Shown: piece after piece, positions 27,329-34,911 of the stretch
Position numbering within the stretch: position 1 is the first letter of the stretch
How the letters are laid out: each line of letters starts with the position of its first letter
Assembly: GCA_041946805.1 (NCBI GenBank)
Contig: JBHGBC010000036.1
Span: 1 to 43,538 of the forward strand
Reading direction: 5' to 3'
Length of the DNA stretch: 43,538 bases
DNA from: a bacterium
GTDB taxonomy: Bacteria > Hinthialibacterota > Hinthialibacteria > Hinthialibacterales > Hinthialibacteraceae
Notes under the pieces: generated by a model
Seen by the model: the letters and a program-made list of their open reading frames with translations, nothing else
What the model was told of the DNA's origin: nothing
Database searches by the model: none
Translations under genes and position numbers: made by a program

Positions 27329-27805
27329 TCAGCTGAACGTCTCCTTCCGCATGGTCACCGTGCCGTCGAGCACGATCCAATCCACAAATCCGGGAACCAG
27401 CGCGAATCCGCCGTAGTCGAGCAGCACTTGGATGGTGATCGGATCGCCGCCGTCGTAGTCCTCCAGCGGATCGGTCGCGTCGCCGGGCCCGTATTGCCAA
27501 TCCCCGACGAAAATGCCGATCGTGCCGTCCGCGATCTTTTCGTCCACGCCGTCTTCGGACAGGCCGAGGCTGAACAGCACCCCTTTGACCTTCGTGATCA
27601 CGTCCCCGATCGCCGCCCCGGGCAGGATGGCCGTGCGCGCCCCTTCGCGCGCCGCCGAGGTGGCCAGGTTCTTGAACGCCATGATGCGGCCGAATTCGAT
27701 GATCCCGCAGATGAACAAAAACAGGATCGGGAAGATGATCACGAACTCGACCGCCACCGCGCCCCGCTCTCCCCCCGTTGGGGTCCACTTCCGCAACCGA
27801 AGCAT
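27329..27805 (-). CDS. tadE: TadE-family pseudopilin
   Basis: ERG/AVAVEFVIIFP..GIIEFG..AAREGAR; ATG 27805 is coupled to the cpaA stop (TGATG). Confidence 0.9.
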   Translation of the reverse strand: MLRLRKWTPTGGERGAVAVEFVIIFPILFLFICGIIEFGRIMAFKNLATSAAREGARTAILPGAAIGDVITKVKGVLFSLGLSEDGVDEKIADGTIGIFVGDWQYGPGDATDPLEDYDGGDPITIQVLLDYGGFALVPGFVDWIVLDGTVTMRKETFS

Positions 27806-28320
27806 CAGATCAGACCTCCAAAGAGAAAGTAGGCGTAAAACCCCAGGGCGATGGATACGCCGTAGGGGAACCGGATCTTCCGCACCGCCGGATCTTCCGC
27901 GCCGGTATTCGCGTCGTGGAAATAGAGCAGGTTCCAGCCCGCCTGCCTGACCTTGCGCAGCTGGGCCTGGAACTGCCCGCTGGCGGCCATGAGGAACAGC
28001 GCCACGAGGCCGCCGATGACCGCCGTCCACAGGAAGGCTTGAAAGGCAGCCGCGGCGCCCGCCCACACCCCCGCCGCGGCCATCAACTTTACGTCCCCCG
28101 CGCCCATGGCGCCGATCGCGTAGAATAGGATCAGCAGCCCGAATCCCACCAGGCCGCCCAATAAACTCCACTTCAGCCCTTCCCACCCCAGCACGATCAT
28201 GTTGAAAAGAATCCCGGACACGAACGCCGTGCCCGTCAGCCAGTTGGGAATGCGGTGGGTCCGGTAATCGATCCCCGCCGCCAACGCCAGAACCAAGGAA
28301 ACCAAAATCGTGCTTGACAT
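27805..28320 (-). CDS. cpaA: Prepilin peptidase CpaA/TadV (A24 family)
   Basis: DYRTHRIPNW, MGAGDVKL, FPYGVSIA. Confidence 0.95.
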   Translation of the reverse strand: MSSTILVSLVLALAAGIDYRTHRIPNWLTGTAFVSGILFNMIVLGWEGLKWSLLGGLVGFGLLILFYAIGAMGAGDVKLMAAAGVWAGAAAAFQAFLWTAVIGGLVALFLMAASGQFQAQLRKVRQAGWNLLYFHDANTGAEDPAVRKIRFPYGVSIALGFYAYFLFGGLI

Positions 28321-28354
28321 CTCACCCCGCCCCGCCCTAGAATCAAGAGAGGAG

Positions 28355-28407
28355 GGAGAGTCACCCAGAATAAAGAAGGATGTTGGGCAGATTCTGGGTG
28401 ACTCTCC
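28355..28407. terminator. 17-bp perfect inverted repeat just downstream of flp (attenuator or mRNA-stabilising hairpin)
   Basis: GGAGAGTCACCCAGAAT (28355-28371) and ATTCTGGGTGACTCTCC (28391-28407); 19-nt loop; no strong U-tract. Confidence 0.65.
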
Positions 28408-28431
28408 ATTGAATTTTTAAAGAATATTTAA

Positions 28432-28608
28432 TCAAGGTACATCGGGAATCGTGACAGTATCGAGTTCGCTCCCGGCATCGCTGAACCAATTATTCAGACC
28501 TGTAGCAAAAAGTGTTGTTCCCACAACAATACCGAGTGCAATGATTGTGGTAATCACTGCATATTCGGTTGCTACCGCACCGCCCTCGTCTTTCCAGAAT
28601 TTCTTCAT
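28432..28608 (-). CDS. flp: Flp family type IVc pilin (58 aa)
   Basis: MKKFWKDEGG/AVATEYAVI with Flp G/xxxxEY motif and hydrophobic helix; AGGAG-type RBS; start reassigned to 28608. Confidence 0.93.
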   Translation of the reverse strand: MKKFWKDEGGAVATEYAVITTIIALGIVVGTTLFATGLNNWFSDAGSELDTVTIPDVP

Positions 28609-28933
28609 GGTCCTTCTCCTTCCAACCATCTCTTGAGAAAAGTGTTCACAAGGCGCCTCTAGCACGATGTGATTGATGTTGTAGATTCTAGATATGAATG
28701 AAGTTGGGATATATCGGATAAAAGACCTTTTAATCATTTAATATACCCCATATAGGGAGGGGAGTATTCTCCCATTGTGATATGTTTTGTAGGGATAGAA
28801 ATCCCATAAGCTGGGAATGAATATAAACATGGACGTGAATATATTAATAAACTTATATTACAATTATATAGCATAGTAATAAATTATTTTGCAATATATA
28901 AGATTAATTTAAGTCTTCTTGGCCCGGGACTCA

Positions 28934-29887
28934 TTAGAGTGCAATGGATAAGATTAAAGTTTCTTTTTCGGAAGGATAAAGCACGATATTGGGATGATCC
29001 TCTGGTTTTTCAATATTCCGAGGAAGGCTGAAATCAAAATCGAATCGTGATAATCGATATTTTCCGCTTGAGGGGGAGTCCAATGGTTCGAGATAAAGGA
29101 TTTTATAATTTGACGGATATGTACTGTATATATCTCCCTCGCTTTTCCACATTTGTTCTCCACCTACATTGAGTTCCATCACCACGATCGGCCGGTTCGT
29201 GTGTAGAGAGTTTCTCATACCTTTTATTATATTTTTTTCATAGCCTTCTGTATCCAATTTTATCAAATCAATTTTTGCAAGTATCTCTTGAGGCAGATCA
29301 TCACCTTTAACAATTTCTAAATTTATTAATATTTCTTCATTCCTTGCATACCATTTATTCATGAATGAGCCTACACCTGTATTCCTTAATGGGGGTTCAT
29401 AAAAGGGGATGCTTTCATTTCGATCACCCAGGCCGACAGGGTGAAGAAATATGTTTTTTATTTTGTTGATATTGATCATTTCAGTAAATCGGGTTACAAG
29501 AGGCGGATAGGGTTCAAATGCATGTATCGTTGAAATATATTGAGACATAAACAGCGAATGTTGGCCTGCATGTGCGCCGATATCAAAAAAAACAATATTC
29601 ATGTCATTAGATCTTTGAATAACATTTCTCATGAAAAATAGAACATATTTTTCATATGCGCCATATATCAATATATTTTGATCGATAAATTCGTTCGAAT
29701 ATCCAATGTATTTATAGCCAAAGAAATCACAAGTGAACTGAAAGCCTTTATTAAATGTAGTATCAATTAGTAATTTGTAATTTTGGTATAATTTAATATT
29801 ATGATAGAACAGTAAAATTATATAAAAATAGGAAAAGGCTAAGAAGAACCATATTATTTTCCAAAAAAACTTATTATTCAGTTTCAT
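28934..29887 (-). CDS. FkbM-family SAM-dependent methyltransferase with N-terminal membrane anchor
   Basis: FFDIGAHAGQHS, HAFEPYP, IDLIKLDTEGYE, RPIVVME; AT-rich coding sequence. Confidence 0.9.
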   Translation of the reverse strand: MKLNNKFFWKIIWFFLAFSYFYIILLFYHNIKLYQNYKLLIDTTFNKGFQFTCDFFGYKYIGYSNEFIDQNILIYGAYEKYVLFFMRNVIQRSNDMNIVFFDIGAHAGQHSLFMSQYISTIHAFEPYPPLVTRFTEMININKIKNIFLHPVGLGDRNESIPFYEPPLRNTGVGSFMNKWYARNEEILINLEIVKGDDLPQEILAKIDLIKLDTEGYEKNIIKGMRNSLHTNRPIVVMELNVGGEQMWKSEGDIYSTYPSNYKILYLEPLDSPSSGKYRLSRFDFDFSLPRNIEKPEDHPNIVLYPSEKETLILSIAL

Positions 29888-29899
29888 ATTATTTCACCG

Positions 29900-31234
29900 T
29901 TATTCCGTATCTTCTATCGACTTGCTAATCGTATGGCTTGATAAAAAACTCAGGATTAAAACACCAATGGTTGGCATAAAAAATAATAATTGTGGAAAAT
30001 AGGGAACGGCTAGTTGATTAACCATATTAAAATGAACTAATCCAGCACCACCCAAATATGAGCCTATGCGCATCCAGGCCAGCTCGAGTGGAGATATGGA
30101 GAGAAACGCAAATATAGTCAAAGTGGATTCCAACGGTGGAAAATTACGTGATATTAAGCGACGAAGAATGTTCAGACAAGGAAGCAAAACAATGACAAAA
30201 TAGTGATACCATGCAAGTGGATTAATAACTGTTAGTATTCCGCATATCATAGGGAAGGTCTGGGTAATATCATTTTTTCTGAGAATTATAAAAAGTGATA
30301 TAACAAGAACGATTAGAGGTATGATAGATGAGATTAGAAAAGCGCCGTGATTGAAAATGAATAGTGAATCAACATCGAATTTCCGGCCTGTGAAGGCTGT
30401 AAAAGAAGCGCCATTGACTGAACGATATCCAATTGTCCAAAGGGATAAATTCCATGGGCTATCTTGGTAATATTCTGTGATGTTGGGAAGCGTTATGAAT
30501 AAGTTATTTGTAATTTCATGCCAGCCAATTATCCATATTGCGAATATATACCCTGTTAATATTGTGATTACCGCTGATAACACACACATATATTTTTTAT
30601 GAAATAGAAAAATAAATAATATCGGCCAGGTAATTTGTTTCAATAAGATGGAAATCCCCCAAAGAAAACCGGCCAATTTATCTTGTTTTTTATTAAGGCA
30701 TAACCATAACCATGTCAAAAGAAAAAGAATTGGAATATTGACTTGACCATGAAATAATTCAGAAGTTATTGGATTGAATGATTGAAATGAAAGAAAAATC
30801 AAAATAAATACGATCCAGGATATTCTGGCATGAAAAATTAATTGGAAAATATAAAAAGTTAGGAATAAAAGAACAAATTCAACAAAAAACCATAACCATT
30901 TGGCCGTAACATAATCAAACAGTGAAAGAGGAAGTAATAATAAACCCATTGTAGGTGGGTGTGGCGTGGGATGATCATAAATAGGACGTGGAATATCGCC
31001 GATATATTGTTTGGCAAGTACATCAATGGGTGTGGAAATATTTCCGCCCACAGCCATAGTCCGAGTCAAAACATAAATCGCGAGAAAATCTCTTTTATAA
31101 ATATTTTTATTATCGGTATCAAGGATTTGTTTGCATAATATTGCTGTACCAAGAGAGCTATAAAGAAATAATGCAATATAAAGAAGATAAGACAATTTTA
31201 TTTTACTATAAATGCAAAAAATTGAATTAACCAT
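29900..31234 (-). CDS. GT87/DUF2029-like integral-membrane glycosyltransferase (GT-C fold)
   Basis: DF in the first loop, PHPPTMGLLLLPL, HGQVN, AGFLWG..LLKQ, WNLSL, PLAWYHY; many TM segments; AT-rich. Confidence 0.85.
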   Translation of the reverse strand: MVNSIFCIYSKIKLSYLLYIALFLYSSLGTAILCKQILDTDNKNIYKRDFLAIYVLTRTMAVGGNISTPIDVLAKQYIGDIPRPIYDHPTPHPPTMGLLLLPLSLFDYVTAKWLWFFVEFVLLFLTFYIFQLIFHARISWIVFILIFLSFQSFNPITSELFHGQVNIPILFLLTWLWLCLNKKQDKLAGFLWGISILLKQITWPILFIFLFHKKYMCVLSAVITILTGYIFAIWIIGWHEITNNLFITLPNITEYYQDSPWNLSLWTIGYRSVNGASFTAFTGRKFDVDSLFIFNHGAFLISSIIPLIVLVISLFIILRKNDITQTFPMICGILTVINPLAWYHYFVIVLLPCLNILRRLISRNFPPLESTLTIFAFLSISPLELAWMRIGSYLGGAGLVHFNMVNQLAVPYFPQLLFFMPTIGVLILSFLSSHTISKSIEDTE

Positions 31235-31369
31235 ATTCCCCCCATAATAAACCGTCCGGGAGGGCGTTTCTCCCGCGTGACCGCCGCCGCCGTTGCGGAG
31301 GCCCCGCGCCAGACCCGCCCTCCCGCGTGCTTGGAGGATGCATTATTGTCTCACGGCCTGCCGGCGCCC

Positions 31370-32233
31370 TTAGGCGACGTTGACGTCCACGAGCAAGTCT
31401 TTATTGGATTTCCCCGCGCCGGGCGACTTGGCGGCCTTGCGGGGCCGCAGCGGCTTCACGTTGGAGACGGAATCGGAAACCTCCGGAACCGCCGCCGGCG
31501 CCACGGAGGCCGGGACTGGTGTCACGGCCGGCGGGATGGCCGCGGCCGCGGAGTTGAGCCGTTTCGCCCGGCGGAGCAAGTCGCCGCTGCCCCGGTACCA
31601 TTCCATGGCGTACTGGATAAGTTGCGACAGGCTGTCCAGGTGGAGCTTTTCGCGGATGTGCACACGGTAATTTTCCACCGTCTTGACGCTGATGTTGAGT
31701 TTCTCGGCCATCTGCGTGGGCTTGAGGCCCTTGCTGATGAGTTCGAAGATTTCCAGTTCGCGGTTGCTGAGGCGGTCGATGGGCGACTCGGACTCGTTGA
31801 GTTCGGGCGATTCCTTGTATTTCCGGTCGAAGAGGGTGCGCGCCATGTCGTCGCTGAGATAGAGGTAGCCGTTGAGCACCTTGCGGATGGCGTTGCGCAC
31901 CACCTCGGGGGGATCGGCCTTCTTGACGTAGCCTTTCGCCCCGGCGCGGAAGGCGCGCTCGCCGTAGAGATATTCGTCGTGCAGGGTATAGACCAGAATG
32001 GGCAGGTCGCGCTGGATGGCCTTGAGCTGGCGGATGATCTCGATGCCGTTCAGGCTGTCGATGGTGATGTCGGTGATCACCAGGTCGGGCTTGAGCCCTT
32101 CGGTCAACTGGACGGCCTCCGGCGCGTTCACCGCCTCGCCGCAGACCACGAGGTCGTTCTCCGTGTTGATCAGCTGGGTGAGCCCGTACCGGACGATGGG
32201 CACGGGATCCACGATCAGAATTTTTTGTTTCAT
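31370..32233 (-). CDS. NarL/LuxR-family response regulator with Ala/Pro/Lys-rich C-terminal extension
   Basis: Receiver (KILIVDP, PDLVITDI, AGAKGYVKK) and LuxR HTH (LSNRELEIF..LNISVKTVENYRVHIREKL); start reassigned to ATG 32233. Confidence 0.92.
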   Translation of the reverse strand: MKQKILIVDPVPIVRYGLTQLINTENDLVVCGEAVNAPEAVQLTEGLKPDLVITDITIDSLNGIEIIRQLKAIQRDLPILVYTLHDEYLYGERAFRAGAKGYVKKADPPEVVRNAIRKVLNGYLYLSDDMARTLFDRKYKESPELNESESPIDRLSNRELEIFELISKGLKPTQMAEKLNISVKTVENYRVHIREKLHLDSLSQLIQYAMEWYRGSGDLLRRAKRLNSAAAAIPPAVTPVPASVAPAAVPEVSDSVSNVKPLRPRKAAKSPGAGKSNKDLLVDVNVA

Positions 32234-32515
32234 CGGCCTCTCTCGCTTTCTCAAGCCATATACCCCTGCAGGAATCACGATGACCGCGCCGCGCGGGCTG
32301 CGCCGCGCGCGGCTGACAATACAATCCCGCCCCAATTTTTTTCTGTTCAGAAAGCCGCGTCCGGGGACGATAACTTGGGAACAGGTGATGATTCAGTCCA
32401 CAGTGAGCCATCACCCTCAACCAGAAGAAGTACTTCATCGTGCGGAGAAGAATCGCAAGAAGAAAGGTGAAACCGGGTAATCTGGAACAACGAACGAAAA
32501 AATTAAAATAGCCAA

Positions 32516-32567
32516 GAAAAAATAAAAATAGCCAAATTGCCGATCGAATGTCCTTGGCAACTTGGCT
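32516..32567 (-). terminator. Intrinsic terminator overlapping the 3' side of the riboswitch aptamer
   Basis: Minus strand AGCCAAGTTGCC-14 nt-GGCAATTTGGCT (12-bp stem, one G-U) followed by ATTTTTATTTTT. Confidence 0.8.
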
Positions 32568-32634
32568 GTCTCGGTTTAGGCGAGATCCAAAGCTTTCCGC
32601 CCCCGCCTCGCGGCGGGTTCGGCCTGAGCAAGGA
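32551..32634 (-). ncRNA. Cyclic di-GMP-I (GEMM-I) riboswitch
   Basis: Minus strand TCCTTGCTCAGGCCGAACCCGCC-GCGA-GGCGGGGGCGGAAAGCTTTGGATCTCG..CGAGACAGCCAAGTTGCCAAGGA: P1 closure TCCTTG/CAAGGA, P2 with GNRA loop, CGGAAAG junction, P3 ending ACAGC..GTTGCC. Confidence 0.88.
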
Positions 32635-32753
32635 TAGAATGACGCTAGATTTCCTTATGGCTTGCTTCGATAATGCCGGGTGATTGTTTCTCTCTTTTTC
32701 TCCTCACCTGTATTCATATAAGACTAGTAAATCATAATATATAGTACTTGCAT

Positions 32754-32782
32754 ATTTTACTAAAATTAGTACTTATTTTCAA
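32754..32782 (-). promoter_or_regulatory. Sigma70-type promoter upstream of the riboswitch
   Basis: Minus strand TTGAAA-17 nt-TAAAAT. Confidence 0.55.
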
Positions 32783-33266
32783 GCCGGGACCGCCTTGATT
32801 TTTTTGTCATGGATTTTTCCACACCTCCCGCGGCGCTCCCGGCTCTTGCCCCCACCACACATGGGGCAACCGGAAATGATACAATAAAAAGACACTCATC
32901 CACCCCGCAACGTGTCAGTTCGCGCTACTATTTTCCATTGCATGGAGAGTATAGGGATTGAGCCGGGAAGGCAATTGGGAAAATCCCTATTTTTTCGTGA
33001 GCAAAGGACTAGGGTATGTCAGGAAATTCCTGATGGCGTGTAATCCAGTAAGTGCAAAATAACGATACATATATTCCTTGAAATTAACCTAATATACTAT
33101 TTTTTGGGAATCAAGTGTCAATAAACGTTACAATTTTGTAGGGGATGCCCCTTGGGAGGAGTCCCGGTGGGCCACCGGCTGGGGAAAGGTGTGACAATGG
33201 CTAGGCGGGAAACGTTTTCTGAGTAGAATGGCAATTATCCGCGTGAGGAATAGAGGAGCAGGCTTT

Positions 33267-34859
33267 ATGAATCCGATCGTATGCCCCGAATGCGGGGCGC
33301 AGAATCCGGTGGAAGCGGCAGTCTGTGAAGCATGCAACGCCGACTTGTCGCCGGTGCGGACTATCATCGACACCGCCAACCAGCATTACAACAAGGCGTT
33401 GTCCCTGTCGCACGAAGGCAACCTGGACGAGGCCGTGGGGCAGCTCGAGGCGGCCATCTCGCTGTTCTCGCAAAATCCGCTTTTTTTCAACCTGCTGGGA
33501 ACCCTGAACGCCCGCAAGGGGCTGTACAGCGAGGCCATCCGCGCCTGGGAAAACGCCCTGGCCTTGAATCCGGAAATGGAAAAGGCCTACGAGAACATCC
33601 AAAAGGCGCGGCGGTTGGAAGAGGACCGGGCCGCGGAGGACGAAGAACGTCCCCAGCGGATGAACCTGAGCCTGGCTTGCGGCGTGGCGGCCGTGTTTTT
33701 CCTGCTCACCCTGCTGCTGGGCGGCAAGGTGGTGCTGCAGGCGCGGGCGATCAAGCAGATCGCCTCCGATTACGAAGCCAAGAAAACCGAGGCGGCCTCC
33801 TGGCAGACCCAATTCCAGGCCCTGAACACCAAACTGGGGGCGGGGGACATCGAACAGGCCTTGAAGCAATTGACCGAGAACCAGGCGGTCCTGAACGAAC
33901 GCGACAAGCGCATCCAGGAACTGCAGGGCCAGATCCAAAGCCTCACCGAGAAAAACACCGAGAACACCCTGATCTGGCGCGAACGGATCCGCCGGGTTCA
34001 GGAAGAGAACGAAAAACTGCGCAAGGAGGCGGCGCTGGTGGCGCAGCTGAAGGACGCCGCCGCCAAAAACGAAACCCAGATCGACTCCCTCAAGCAGACC
34101 CTCAGCAACCTGGAGGAATCCGTGCGCCAGGCCAACGAACGCGCGGAAAAGCACAAGAGCAACCTCCTCCTGGCCCAGGACAACATCCGCTCCCTCAAGG
34201 ATGCGCGCGACGCCGCCCTGGAAAAGAGTCAGAAAGCCGAGGAACTGGCCGCCCAGACCTACCGCGATGAAATCATGAAGCTGCGCGATGAAATCGCCAT
34301 GCTGGAGCGGAAAATCCAGGACCGCGATTTCGCCGACTCCATGACCGTCGAAGCCTTCCAGAACCTGGAAGCCACCCATTTCGACCTGGCCTTGCGCAAC
34401 GCGGAAAGCGCGCTGGAACGGATTCCCGGCCACCCGGCGGCCGCGTTCCTGCGCGAGACGCTGGATGGGATTCTGTCCGATCCGCTGGAGCAGGAAATCC
34501 GGATCCAGGAAACCGTGGAGCGGGAGAAGCGCCGCGGTCCGGTCAAACAACAACTGGTGCAGCGCTATTTGCGGGAAGCGGCTGAACTGTTCCAGGCGGG
34601 GAGATACGAAGAGGCGGCCGCCCTCGGCCACCGTACCCTGGCCCTCCAGCCGGACAATCCCAAGGACGTGAACAGCCTGCATAACATCGTCCAGCAGGCC
34701 GAGGAAGCCGGCCGCGAGATCACCCTGCTGCTCATGGAGGCCAAACAAAACCTCGCCGGCAACAATCCCAAAAAGGCGGTCGAATCGCTGGAGAAGGTTC
34801 TCAAACGCGCCCCGTCCCATGAAGAAGCCAAATCGCTCCTGCAACAGGCGGTGCAATAA
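33267..34859 (+). CDS. Zinc-ribbon/TPR/single-TM/coiled-coil/TPR protein
   Basis: CPECG..CEAC; TPR repeats (HYNKAL.., NLLGTL.., AWENALALNP); TM helix LACGVAAVFFLLTLLLGG; long heptad region; C-terminal TPRs. GAGGAG RBS before ATG 33267. Confidence 0.85.
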   Translation: MNPIVCPECGAQNPVEAAVCEACNADLSPVRTIIDTANQHYNKALSLSHEGNLDEAVGQLEAAISLFSQNPLFFNLLGTLNARKGLYSEAIRAWENALALNPEMEKAYENIQKARRLEEDRAAEDEERPQRMNLSLACGVAAVFFLLTLLLGGKVVLQARAIKQIASDYEAKKTEAASWQTQFQALNTKLGAGDIEQALKQLTENQAVLNERDKRIQELQGQIQSLTEKNTENTLIWRERIRRVQEENEKLRKEAALVAQLKDAAAKNETQIDSLKQTLSNLEESVRQANERAEKHKSNLLLAQDNIRSLKDARDAALEKSQKAEELAAQTYRDEIMKLRDEIAMLERKIQDRDFADSMTVEAFQNLEATHFDLALRNAESALERIPGHPAAAFLRETLDGILSDPLEQEIRIQETVEREKRRGPVKQQLVQRYLREAAELFQAGRYEEAAALGHRTLALQPDNPKDVNSLHNIVQQAEEAGREITLLLMEAKQNLAGNNPKKAVESLEKVLKRAPSHEEAKSLLQQAVQ

Positions 34860-34911
34860 GGTGGTGCATTAAATCCCGGTTATAGAATCGGGCGCCGGCC
34901 TCCCGCCGGGC

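Noticed and set aside
28330..31250. Prophage, integron or IS-borne island
   Set aside because: No integrase, transposase, attC-like site or flanking direct repeat was seen.
32551..32634. c-AMP-GMP (GEMM-Ib) specificity for the riboswitch
   Set aside because: The position equivalent to Vc2 nucleotide 20 is G, not A, which favours c-di-GMP; only binding assays are decisive.
33201..34856. 551-aa minus-strand ORF, and similar long antisense ORFs (1791..3158, 10884..12269, 13378..15114, 20579..22057, 24559..25929, 31277..32470)
   Set aside because: Each mirrors a well-supported gene on the opposite strand and has shadow-like composition.
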